Shown here: positions 27,448 through 39,763 of the stretch, in pieces
Position numbering within the stretch: position 1 is the first letter of the stretch
Layout: every line of letters begins with the position of its first letter
Source of the DNA: Octopus vulgaris
Taxonomy: Eukaryota
Direction of reading: 5' to 3'
Assembly (NCBI GenBank): GCA_951406725.2
Contig: OX597825.1
Span: 18,042,001-18,106,000 of the forward strand
Length of the DNA stretch: 64,000 nucleotides
Notes under the pieces: generated by a model
What the model was told of the DNA's origin: nothing
Databases searched by the model: none
The model's input: the letters and a program-made list of their open reading frames with translations, nothing else
Translations under genes and position numbers: made by a program

Positions 27448-28465
27448 TTATTTAAGACGTCTCACAGTATCCAATATCGTGATGTTGTTAATTGAAATTA
27501 TTTGTGTCTACTGGGGTTTGTACTACCTCTCAAGTCACATCATGGACTTCAGACAGACAGTACTTTGCGCAATATGCGTGATGTCCCAAGTAATGCCACA
27601 TTTTGTAATACACCTAGACTAAATGGTATTTCTAATGTTGCCAGATGTTTCTTCAGGTCGGGTGGTATCGAACCCAATGAGCCGATGACAATGAGGGCAA
27701 TCTTTATATTTGACTCTTGTAGATGCCACATCTTGATGATCTCAATTTTCAGGTCTTTATATTTATCGATGTTTTCTGTTATGTAGATATGTTAATCTGG
27801 CACCTCCGCATCGTTTATTTGGCACTCCCGTTTGTCCCTCTTAAAGGTTACTAGGTCCGGCCTTCGGCGTTCTAATAACTTGTCTGTCTGGAAATCAAAG
27901 TCCCAGAAGATTTTTTCCTTCCCCTTTTCGTCCATTACACTTTCTGCTGTATGATGATGATCATCATCATTGTTCGACCGTGGTCGAGACAATTGGATTT
28001 ACCATGCTACGCCAGACTTCACGGTCCATCATAGCATTACGGAGGTTCTGTTACTGGATGCCTGTATCCCTGGAGATTACATCAGGGTAGGAGAGTGTGC
28101 GCCCTCTGGTATTGCGAGTAGATGGCTTCCAGAGGAGAAGAGTAGAAATTGCCTCGATTTCAGCTCTACAACAATGTCCAGCAAACTGGACTCTCCTACC
28201 TTTCACAAGATATGACATAGGTGGTAGTTTCCCATATAATTGCATTTTGGTTGGATGACGCTTCCATGAGAGATTTTGAGCTTTCATCAAACACCTGTTA
28301 CTTCGTATCCATACTTCCGTCATAGGAGCTAGTGAAGGTTTTGCGCTACCTTGTCGTGTCTGCGCTTGTACACTTTTTTTGCATGACTTTCACAAACACT
28401 AACAATGGGATTCACGCTTTCGACCTTCTTCCCACACATTCTGCAGAGGTTCGTTGCACTTCTCT

Positions 28466-28508
<43 letters not shown>

Positions 28509-28615
28509 TTTCCCTGAGTTGGAATTCAATGCCTGACCCTGGGCAGCAATGATTATGTTTTCAATCTACCTTTTTAGGTCACCCTTGCTGAGCCACTTTC
28601 CTACATGTTCCTTAC
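27448..28615 (-). mobile_element. R4/Dong-like (restriction-like endonuclease) non-LTR retrotransposon 3' remnant
   Basis: In order on the minus strand: IIIAAQGQAL, zinc-knuckle-like CRMCGKKVESVNPIVSVC, RRHDKVA, KIFWDFDFQTDKLLERRRPDLV..IND (PD-D nuclease motif), IVIGSLGSI..LQNVALLGTSRILRKVLSV*, then a 3' UTR. Confidence 0.88.
27958..28290 (-). mobile_element. RTE-clade LINE 3' fragment nested inside the R4-like element
   Basis: NLSWKRHPTKMQLYGKLPP..RRVQFAGHCCR..LLLWKP..RGRTLSYPDVISRDTG..AMMDREVWR, ending in a (TGA)n tail; R4 reading resumes on both sides. Confidence 0.85.
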
Positions 28616-28809
28616 AATAAATTACCGAGACAGACCCCGCGTCCTAGAGAGTATAAAGATGAGAGTTGTTACAGTATGACTAAAAGCTCGGGAAGGGGAA
28701 GTGGCAAAGGCAGTAGTGAAATATCTTCATGTAATACAACACAGACATTTAAATTGATTTGGTTTTTACTAAAGATGTGGACAGTACCTGTCAGCACAAT
28801 TGATTGGAT

Positions 28810-28917
28810 TTATTATTATTATTATTATTATTATTATCATTATTATTATTATTATTATTATCATTATTATTATTATTATTGTTGTTGTTGTTGTTGTTTT
28901 TATTATTATTATTATTG

Positions 28918-28972
<55 letters not shown>

Positions 28973-29100
28973 CATCATCATTATTATTTAAGACGTTGCA
29001 TAGTATCCAATATCGTCATGTTATTGAATGAAGATATTGTATGTACTATGGGTTTGTACTGTCTGTCAAGTCTTAACAAGGACCTCAGACAGACATAGTA

Positions 29101-29180
<80 letters not shown>
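28810..29180. repeat. (TAT)n/(TGT)n microsatellite split by an R4-like stub
   Basis: Direct reading. Confidence 0.92.
28984..29095 (-). mobile_element. Severely 5'-truncated second copy of the R4/Dong-like 3' UTR
   Basis: TTATTTAAGACGT..AGTATCCAATATCGT..GGGTTTGTACT..TCAGACAGACA is colinear with 27448-27559. Confidence 0.85.
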
Positions 29181-29182
<2 letters not shown>

Positions 29183-31536
29183 TCATCCAGTTAGTTGGAA
29201 AATACAATAAAATACAAGGACGTTAGAAAGTGCAATGTGAAACAAGCAAGTCATATAAGCAGTGATTCATGAAACATGTTATTCAGTTCACTATCAGTAC
29301 AGAATATAAAAAAACATGCAAAATCTTTTACAGTATGATTAAGATGTAATAAAAACATTATTTATCACAATATATAAACAGTTATATACACATAAATATA
29401 CGTATACACACATATATATATATATATTAGACACACACTGACACAGAATCACATACACACACATATGCACAGAGAAACGCACACACAAGGACACACATAT
29501 CTATGATATATGTGTAGATATGGGTACATTTATTGCTGTGTGTGTATATGCCTATATATTGTTTTAAATATATATAAGTATATATATATATATATATACG
29601 GACACACAGATATATACATACATACATACACATATACATGCACATATATATATATATAAAGCAACTTTAGAAATATGATATACTATAGCATTCTTAAAGA
29701 TAGGAAAGTACATAATCTCCAGCTCGGAACTATTGAGGGAAAGTTTGCGGCTAAAATACCATGCACCAGGGATACCTGGCTTATAATATTTCGTAAACGT
29801 TACGGATATCTCAAATGTCATATTTACAAATGTTGTATCTCACTTTTTATTTTTATATTTCAGTCATATCTTGATAAGTATTTCATTTGGAGGGATGTCG
29901 TGAGTTTACATTTCCTTGTGTAGTTTGTTAGTTTTCCAATGAGCTATGAACTTAATTTCATTTGAGAAAGTGATTTCTTCTTTCTTTGAGATATATGCTT
30001 CTCTGCTGGTGATAGACTCATCCTCACTAAAGTTGGGGCTCCCTTAGTAAGTGATAAATACTCTTTCATAGGCTATGTTTCATTGGAAATGTCAAGCACC
30101 TATTTTTGAATAAAGGAGCTTTTAACATACTTTGAATTGCCTTTCTCGGTGTTTGCATAATACCTTCATTTTTTGTTTCGTAAATGACATCTGATCACCT
30201 TCGGCTTCACTGAATTTCCTTTTCGTAATTGGAATGTAGAAGTTTTCCCCGTGTTTCACTTCTTGCTGTTTAAGACACCGCAGGTAATAACACTCTCTTT
30301 CTGATAGTTTTTCATTGCCACTACCGTGTGTGGCAGTGCGAGGAAGATCTAGCTGTTACCTAGTCAATTTCCTAAACCTAACACTAACCTGAAATGAGAA
30401 TGGGATGATTCTTTTTTGTATGACGACGCCAGGGGTGCAACAGTTGACATCTTACGACGCTGCACTACCGCATTACAAGCAATGTGCAGAGATTGTTTCA
30501 CTATTTTCTCTCTATTTAAACATTCTGAGTACAAGGATTTGAATTAGCTTTTTCTGCAGTATATTTTAGAGCCAGGCTTCCTGATCTGTATGATAAGTTT
30601 CCAAGGCTTTCCTTTCAGTCCCCATTACAGAGCACAGCACAATCCTGAGGTGGATGTGAACTCTTTTATGGTTATAAGCACTTGAAGGTTTTTTTGGTGA
30701 TTCAACGCGACCACCTATCACCGATGGTTAACTAGAGGTTGACCACCTATCCATACTGTGCTTTGAAAGACCCCACAAGACAAGGATGTCCTTGATGGTT
30801 ACTCTAGGAATTTCCTTCCCAAATACTGTGACAGTATATTCTTTCTGTTTGTGCTATTACGTCACCCTTATATTTCCAAATTTACATATGATGTAATACT
30901 CCCTCAATAGAAAATATTTAACCCAGATACCTCCGATGAAACATAGTAACCATGCTCGGCTTTGCAAGGTAGAGATACGTTTTCAGTCTTCGTTTGCCTG
31001 CCGATGCGATAGCTTTTCCAAGGATAATACCCATCCTTATATCAAAATGTTGCGCTTGCTTTCTCTTTCACCAAAATTATTTCATATCTAGAACTTCTTA
31101 TATTCATAAGTACGCTTGCGAACGACAGCTTTCGTCACAACACGCCTCACTTTCATTTGGCCAATAATTAATACGTACGCTATTACAGTCAACTATATTA
31201 TATGTTACGTTAGTTTTTTTTTTTTTATCGTTGTTGTTGAAATTTTTTTTTATTTAATATGTCTTTTGTATTGTTTAATGTAATTTCTTTTGCAGTTTAC
31301 TCCCAAAAAACAGGATGTCATTATTTAGTTGAATTTACACGACGAAATACAAATGGAATTATTAAAAAGAAAACAGACCTTGTTTTTTAACCCCGGTACG
31401 TGGTATAGTTCCAAAATGTTCATTAAATGTCCCTGTGTAAGATAAAATCCAAAACGAAAATTAATTCCTTCACTTACACTTGGAAATCGAGAGTTCGTGT
31501 AGCAAATTTTAGGCACGTCTCAACGAGTCAGCAGGA

Positions 31537-31614
<78 letters not shown>
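31537..31614. repeat. (AAT)n microsatellite
   Basis: Direct reading. Confidence 0.95.
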
Positions 31615-31615
<1 letters not shown>

Positions 31616-31746
31616 GGGATAATGATAATCAGAAAGTTGTCAGGGATGTAGTCTATTAAATCTATTTAAGAAGGAGTAAGAGGAAGAACAGATTTTAGGA
31701 GGAAAGAGAGGAAAAAAAGAAGTAGGGGAGAAAGAAGAGGAGACAT

Positions 31747-31905
31747 AGAAGAAGAAGGAGGAGAAGAAGAAGAAGAAGAAAAAGAAGAAGAAGAAGAAGA
31801 AGAACAACAACAACAACAACAAGAACAAGAGGAACAAGAACAACAACAACAACAACAGCAACAACAACAACAACAATGACAACAACAACAGCAGCAAGAA
31901 CAAGA
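31747..31905. repeat. Compound (GAA)n-(CAA)n tract
   Basis: Direct reading. Confidence 0.9.
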
Positions 31906-33444
31906 AGGAAAAAGAAAAGGAGGAATAGAAAAAGAAATGAAGAACAGGAACATGAAGGAAGAGAATAAGAGAAGGAAAAAGGAAAAGGAAAAGAAGGAGG
32001 AAATGGAGGAAGTTTGAATTTAAGCATAGCCATTCCAGTAACGTATGAATTAATATGAGAATATATGAATTTCACTAAGCATTAGCATAAGATAACAAAA
32101 TGTAAATATATATTTAACTTACCAAGTTATAAAAGAAAAGTGGCTAATTAAACATTAAAAAGAATCTTATTATGCACAATGAAATTAAATGATATAATAC
32201 ACACCATATTGTAAAACGGTTGTCTCAAAGAAAGTTGTATGACTGCTTGCATGTACGAAGAATGCTTATGAGATATATCGAGTCTTTGTCTTCCTGACAG
32301 TATATGTAAAATGGCTGTTATCAAAAGTATATGATTACGCTAGTCCCTGTGCTTATATGTGTATGCTATATGTTAAAAATTGCGTATTACTTCTGTTTCA
32401 CAAATAAGATTAAACTATGCTGTTCGTGATATATTTGTTTTGTAATTGAATATAATCTTATTATCAAAATATAGCATCATAAATAAAGTTACAGCATGAA
32501 AAACGCATATTAACCATTCAAAATCAACAAAAGGATTGTCATGTTCTCTTAACCATTTATTATTTTGTGTCGCCATTTTTGCCGCAGCAAATGCGACCTG
32601 GTCACTGACGTGGCTCCAGTCAAATGGAACCATGACAGTGACCAGTCTGTTGGAATTTATAATAAAATTAGCGAATTTATGTCACTGAAAATGTATAGCG
32701 CAGCGCAAAATATTTTGTGAATTATACGTATTGGTAGAAGTGTCGCGACCGATATTTTTTTTGTTTTCTCAGATTTCTTTAAGATCTAAGAGCATTTTTG
32801 ACATTCATGCTGAATAAATCGGGGCGGGGGTCAATATTTACGCGCGAGATAAAATCAGAGAAACATGAAAATATATTATAATGTATTAAATAATCCACTT
32901 TTACATAAACAAAAAACTAGACATACACACGCAAACACACACAAAAACCTACTCAGAGACAAAATAATCTTACTTTGTTCCCTATTCCCTACCAGGAATA
33001 GTGGACAAAAAAATGGATAGGTAAATGAAACAAGATGCATCGATGAATGCATCGTAATCGATGAGAAATTTGTTGTCAGCTGCATAGGAAAAAATATTCT
33101 GGTGTCAATAGGTTTCCCGGCGAAATAGGTCAGCATCTAATCAACGGTGCCATATGTAAGACATTTCCCATCTATGTTAGCCCGCATCGGTAATAAAAAA
33201 AAGGAGATGCCATATGTAAGGGGCCATTTCTTCGGAATGTTATATCGTCTTTCTATCAATAAAATGAAGAAAGATGCTAACTCACATACTACATGATATA
33301 AATATTACACACTGTGAGCCAATAAGAATTATTATTTGGCTAAGGAGAACATAATCTGTTCATGGCATAACCAATGGAAATTATACGGTCACCAATCTAC
33401 TAGTTCACTTACTAATAGCAGCCATATCATACATAGATACAAGT

Positions 33445-33656
33445 TTCAAACTTTTGATCCCAAGTTCAATAATTTCTGGAGAGGAGCTAAGTCAATTCCA
33501 TCGACTCCATTGCTCTACTGGTAGCTAATTTATCGACACCGTGATTATGAAAGGCAAAGAAGACCACGTCACGATTTAAACTCAGAACGCAGCGCCGGAA
33601 GAAATGAGGCTTAGCATTTTTCCAGGCATGCGAACGATTCTGCAATCTCCTCGTCT
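33445..33656 (-). mobile_element. Old monomeric SINE family B copy
   Basis: CTGGTAGCTAATTTATCGAC, ATGAAAGGCAAAG, TTTAAACTCAGAACG and AACGATTCTGC match the family B reverse complement. Confidence 0.6.
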
Positions 33657-34381
33657 CATCATCCACAGTTATTACCAGAAAAATACATATTGGATAATAT
33701 ACTCGAAGGTATACGACAACTAAAAATGGTGCTGTATAGTCACGGTAATGAAAAAGAAAATAATGAACAGAACAGGGCAACGGTTAACAAAAAATGAAAA
33801 TCTGTTTTATATATTTTTTTATATTTTTATTTTACTTTTTCATGCAGCTGTAATTAAAGCAAGAACATTACAGCGTGTTGTCTTCAATACTGCATACGAC
33901 TCAGATAATAAAAAATATTAAATAAATGATCATGTGGACATGAGTGAGTCCAGCATATAAAAAATAATAATATCAATGGTGAAAATTTTACATGAACGAT
34001 ATCAATCAGTATCACCATGATAAACATGATTACCGCATGGATTACACACAAAAATATACACGTGCATTCACACACACATACACCCACATATATCTATATA
34101 TAGAAATGCACATCCAAACACACAGGCGTATAATTTCCTTCTTTAAATTACTGATGCCCGATACAGGGTTTCTTTGAGATTAGGACACAGACTTTATGCA
34201 CATAATTGAGCGTATCGACCACAGTCCGTATTTCTTTTAAGGCTAGTATATATTTTATTGAAATCCGTTAACGAATCGGTAACTTATAAGACATAAATAG
34301 AAATTCGGTTAGCCACACTCGCACGCACACACAAAATTAGATACACAAACGTATATATACGCACACATGCCTCATATACAC

Positions 34382-34432
<51 letters not shown>

Positions 34433-34469
34433 AACATATTATATATATACATATACATATATATATATA

Positions 34470-34531
<62 letters not shown>

Positions 34532-34534
34532 CAT

Positions 34535-34724
34535 ACACAAAAAAAAGACACAAGAACGCGAGGACGTGGAACAAATATAGTATTATTGGACGCTCAGGAA
34601 AGAAGGAGGGTTTAACGTTTCGAGCGGAGCGCTTCATCGGAAACATAGGAGAAGGAAAGATCCAGAGAAGGGAAGACAGAGCAAAAACAGTCGACAACAG
34701 TACACACGAGGTCACATTTTGAAT
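34535..34724 (-). mobile_element. Family E (TA)n-embedded element with a minimal hammerhead-like motif
   Basis: Homologous to 42059-42272 and 24021-24095; motif at 34610-34644. Confidence 0.8.
34610..34644 (-). ncRNA. Candidate minimal type I hammerhead ribozyme (variant core CCGAUGA)
   Basis: Minus strand GUUU CCGAUGA A GCGC UCC GCUC GAA ACGU U AAAC: 4-bp helix I, helix II with one mismatch, palindromic ACGU in place of helix III. Confidence 0.5.
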
Positions 34725-34739
34725 TATATATATATATGT

Positions 34740-34890
34740 ACGATAGATTCTGTCGACCAAATTCCAGTCATAGACATTGGTCGAAAGGAAACGATATTCA
34801 GAGATACATGCTAATGTGCCACGCAATCGGAACGAAGTCAAGACCGTGTGTTCACGTTCTGTATGCGATTTTTTTTTGTGTGACCGCATG
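34740..34890 (-). mobile_element. Old 5' half of SINE family A
   Basis: TTCTGTCGACCAAATTCCAGTCA..TTGGTCG..GTGCCACGCAATCGGAACGAA aligns loosely with 41770-41880. Confidence 0.5.
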
Positions 34891-34891
34891 G

Positions 34892-34966
<75 letters not shown>

Positions 34967-34970
34967 TATT

Positions 34971-35033
<63 letters not shown>

Positions 35034-35977
35034 GCATGTATATATATATATATATATATATGTACATATATAATTGTATGTATATATATACATATATATA
35101 TGTTTCCTTTAAGGTGTGTTTTTTTTTCAATAAAAATTAGAAAACATCCTCTACCTGATTCCCCCGTAAAACCTAGTAAAGAGAAAGAAAGAAAAAAGAC
35201 GTAAGCGAAAATACCTTTATAAACATTTCTAACGAAGTCGGAGTTTCTTATAATGCAACAAATCAACAAGAAAGTATACAATTGGTAAATCTTTTTCTTC
35301 TTAAATCATCAAATTATAGTTATTACTCAGATTGAAATCGAAAAGTATATTTGAACACCCAGTCAACACATTATACGCTTTAAATCGTCGAAATAATTCT
35401 GCGATATGGAAAATGGATATTATTAACTCTTACTTACATTTTTGCACAACGGAGATTTACCTGTTTGTAAAAAGTGATATCAGGTCCTAACGTGGGGATC
35501 GATCCTGTCTACTTGTGTGATTTCAAAATGGGGAAACTATGTGAAATACTGTTTTCAAATTAAGGTATAGATAAGCAATTTTATAGAGTAAACTGTCTAC
35601 AGTCAACAGAAACGAGCGATCCAATTATGTTCTATTGTAGAATGATGCAAAAGAGACTCTCCCTAGAATTCGAACACAAAACGACGAATGCGCTTTATTG
35701 AGGTAATATCTATGCATTCTTAAACAAGGGTATTCTTTTTGAGCAAATTATAATGTTGTGGTATCTGAAAATTCACGTATTAATAATTCCTGTATCACTA
35801 ATATATATACCTTATTGAAAGCCATAATACATATTAATACTTCTTCTATCACTTATGTATATATATATGGATTAATGAATACCACAAATACTCTGCGTTG
35901 ATATCAGTGATTCTCATTCGTGTCATTGACACGTTGAAGAATCATTGCGCTAGAGGTATACGTTTAGCTATTTTTAA

Positions 35978-36393
35978 GGCGGCGAGCTGGCAGAAACGTT
36001 AGCGTGCCGGGCGAAGTGCTTACCGGTATTTCGTCTGCCGTTACGTTGTGAGTTCAAATTCCGCCGAGGTCGGCTTTGCCTTTCATCCTTTCGTGATCGA
36101 TAAATTAAGTACCAGTTACGCACTGGCGGTCGATATAATCGACTTAATCCGTTGGTCTCTCCTTGTTTCTCCTCTCTGTGTTTAGCCCCTTGTGGGTAAT
36201 AAATAAATAGGTATTTCGTCTGTCGTTACGCTCTGAGTTCAAATTCCGTCGAAGTCGACTTTGCCTTTCATCTTTTCGGGGTCTATAAATAAAGTACCAG
36301 TTTTGCACGGGGGTCGATGTAATCGACTTAATCCCTTTGTCTGTCCTTGTTTGTCCCCTCTATGTTTAGCCCCTTGTGGGCAGTAAAGAAATA
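35978..36393 (+). mobile_element. SINE family B, full-length dimeric copy with TSD
   Basis: Head GGCGGCGAGCTGGCAGAAACG, B-box-like GAGTTCAAATTCC, 185-bp unit repeated at 36025 and 36210; exact flanking repeat GTTTAGCTATTTTTA at 35962-35976 and 36399-36413. Confidence 0.93.
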
Positions 36394-36468
36394 TATATGT
36401 TTAGCTATTTTTACACACATATATATACTCATATACACACATTGTTACACACATATATATACTCATAT

Positions 36469-36499
<31 letters not shown>

Positions 36500-36873
36500 C
36501 ATTAATATATGAATTACTTACGTATATACATAAACATACATAAACCTCACACCACATACATATGCTCACATATATACAAAAGCATGTATAGAAATGAAAG
36601 TGTGTATGTTTGACTGTACATGTGTGCGTTTGTATGTGTGTGTGTGTGTGTACTCACATGTAGGTGTACATATATTTATGCATACATTCATGTATATATA
36701 AATGTATACATAGACACATAAACATATATAAGTAGAGAGAGTGACGAGAGGACGTGAGATAAACAAAAGCATGCGTGGGTGCTTTATGTGAATTTAACGA
36801 ATAAATCTTCTTAAAGCACCTAAATTGTAAAATATATCATATATTAGTAGAAATACAAGTAGAACTCTAAACT

Positions 36874-37211
36874 GTGAAGGCACATGGCTCATTGGTTAGA
36901 GCGTCGGGCTTATGATCCTGAGGTTGTGAGTTCGATTCCCGGACCGGGCTGCGTGTTGTGTTCTTGAGCAAGACACTTTATTTCATGTTGATCCAGTTAA
37001 CTCAGCTGTAGAAATGAGTTGCGACATCACTGGTGCCAAGCTGTATCGAGCTTTGCCTTTCTTTTGGGTAACACTAGTGGTATGGAGAGGGGAGGCCAGT
37101 ATGCATGGGCGACTGCTGGCCTTCCATAAACAAACTTGCTCGGACTTGTACCTCGGAGGGTAACTTCTAGGTGCAATCCCATGGTCATTCATAACCGAAG
37201 GGGGTCTCCTC
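36874..37211 (+). mobile_element. tRNA-headed CORE-like SINE (family D), full length with TSD
   Basis: A box TGGCTCATTGG, B box AGTTCGATTCC, CORE-like GTGTTCTTGAGCAAGACACTTTA; TSD ACTCTAAACT at 36864-36873 and 37212-37221. Confidence 0.9.
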
Positions 37212-38281
37212 ACTCTAAACTACTTACATGTGAACAATACTTATCAAAGCATTTCAAAATGTAGAACAGCCGATACTTTATTACTCACTATCATAATCCT
37301 AAACCATAACAATTTTCATAACACGATTATTAATGTTTAAACCGCTTTGGTAAAAAAGAATTATAGGAAAATGCACCTTTAATATAAAGTCTTTTGTGAG
37401 CGAAACAAGAGGACAACAACCTATGTATTCTCGTTGTACTCGCTATCATATTTATACTTGGCGAACTGCGTCTCAGGAGACGTGCTCCGTAATAAGCACA
37501 CCCAGCTATCATTTATTCCCAAAGTGAAATCCACTTCAACGCCCGCGAATTCAAATTGAATTCCGTCCGCAATAATTGTAACGGTATCAGAAAATCTGAA
37601 AAACCCACAGGCACTATTCATCTTACTTAGACAAGATTTCATAATCTAGTTACAATTACAAATCTTGAACGAGAAAATAATAAATTGCAGCTATAATATA
37701 AAGCAGTGTTTAAAAGGAGATAATTTTTTAAGATACAAAATGTAATTTCGGGTAAAGTTGCTCGTAGGCTAGAAACAAAATATCTACGGTTTGTTTCGGA
37801 GTGCTGATTGCAGCAAGTTGGCCTAAATCTCATCAGGCAAAAAGAAAGACACGATGGAAATGCTGCAGAATTAATATACAATAAAATTTGAGTTTTCTTT
37901 CATCGTAGTACAAGCGAATTGCCAACGGCTGTATTTCTGCAGACAATCGATAAAACAGAATTAGGAGTAAAGTGAAATATCTAAGACGAAAAATTTTCTT
38001 GCTATTTAAGACTGGAATTATGAAGAGTGTAAGATGAGAAAATGAAATTGAACAAATATAAATAATGTTAAAATTGACCTTAATAATATTTATTTCGATT
38101 CTGGTTTTCGAATACCATTCACAGACTATTTTGAGAATAGTTTTTGACATATATACATACAAATAAATATATGTGTATGTGTGTATGTACGCATATTCAT
38201 ATTCATATATACTTATCTCATGTTGTCATTTACCCTCTTTCTTCCTCCTTATATATATGCACACATACATACATACATACA

Positions 38282-38358
<77 letters not shown>

Positions 38359-38360
<2 letters not shown>

Positions 38361-38721
38361 TGACATTCAGGGTCTCAATAAACGGAACGAGGAGGAATCC
38401 GATCAACGAAACAGCCTGCTCGTGAAACTAACATACAAGTGGCTTAGCACTCCACAGACACTTATACCCTTAGCGTAGTTCGCGTTAAGACACAGACTGT
38501 GACAAGGATGGCCCTTTGAAATACAAGTACAACAGAAACAGGAAGAGCGAAAGTTGTGGTGAAAGAGTACAGCAGGGTTCGCCATCCACCTACCCCTGCC
38601 GGAGCCCCGTGGAGCTTTAGGTGTTTTCACTCAATAAACACTCACAAGACCCAGTCTGGGAGTCGAAACCGCGATCCTACGACCGCGAGTTCGCTGCTCT
38701 GACCACTGGAACATTGCGCCT

Positions 38722-38723
<2 letters not shown>
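38359..38723 (-). mobile_element. tRNA-headed SINE family C (tail type 1) in (TA)n
   Basis: Minus-strand head GGAGGCGCAATG..CAGTGGTCAGAGCAGCG..GGTTTCGACTCCC, homologous to 43793; (TA)n on both sides. Confidence 0.88.
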
Positions 38724-38801
<78 letters not shown>

Positions 38802-39709
38802 CATAGCTAGCTAGCTAGATAGATAGATACTTACATACATACATAAATACACACACATGTATACATATAGGTATATTTGGCAATGCAACATACGAACTTC
38901 TAAAGTAATGCGTAAGATACATTATATTGTTATGGGCTTCATTTCTTCATAGCGTTGTATTAGATTTCTGACAAGCCTGGTCGGTGGTCTCTTCTACATT
39001 CTGAACCTGATAAAGATTCACGTCACATATCTAATCTTCAGGCTCTAACATAGAAATGAGCTAAATATATGCAGTACTGACTTTACCGTAGGGTTTAAAT
39101 CCATCACACTACGGAAATTAAACTGGTAGTCACAAGGAAAAAAATAAAAGGCAAAGGAAAAAAGAAAAAAAAAAACATTTGTATTTCTATCTTTTCTACG
39201 ACTGACTTAACTGCAATCAAATGGATATGGTTGATATTAAACTAAGCTAAGTGAAACTTTCTAAACTAATTATACAAAAAATTTAAATAACAAATGGTCT
39301 TTCATGCAATGTAAACCAATTCAGTTTCTCACAACAGTCCGTGATGTGATCAAACGTGTAGAGTTTTAATATGGTCTTTTAATAGGAGGCATTAATTCAG
39401 CTAGTTTCAGGTAACACATTTTATAATGGTAGTATCAAGTAAAGGAAGAATAGTAAGAACTTTAGCCATAGATTAATAATAAGCGTATCGAATCTTCAAG
39501 CTTAACTCTATTTTATAGACATCGTTTGGAAAGTTACGAAAAGTAAATAGCGGTTGTTGCTGTAGGTGCGCGTCAAATTACTGTATTGTCTGCAGCACTC
39601 CATATTATTACTCGATACATGCTTATGATCCGTTAAACAAACATGCAAGCAATACAGGTATGTTATGTAATAGGAGGAACAGAGCTACAGTGAGAGAATA
39701 GCAGGAAGC

Positions 39710-39763
<54 letters not shown>

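Noticed and set aside
29660-31150. Microsatellite-free, moderately GC-richer segment, possibly an old LINE or exon
   Set aside because: No continuous ORF or diagnostic motif that I could verify by eye.
37421-37642. 73-aa ORF with globular-looking composition
   Set aside because: No recognisable motif or splice context, and part resembles a very old SINE B remnant.
37783-37840. Minus-strand CTGATGA...GAAAC..GTA hammerhead-like spacing
   Set aside because: Core words are present but helices I and II do not pair; chance or too decayed to support.
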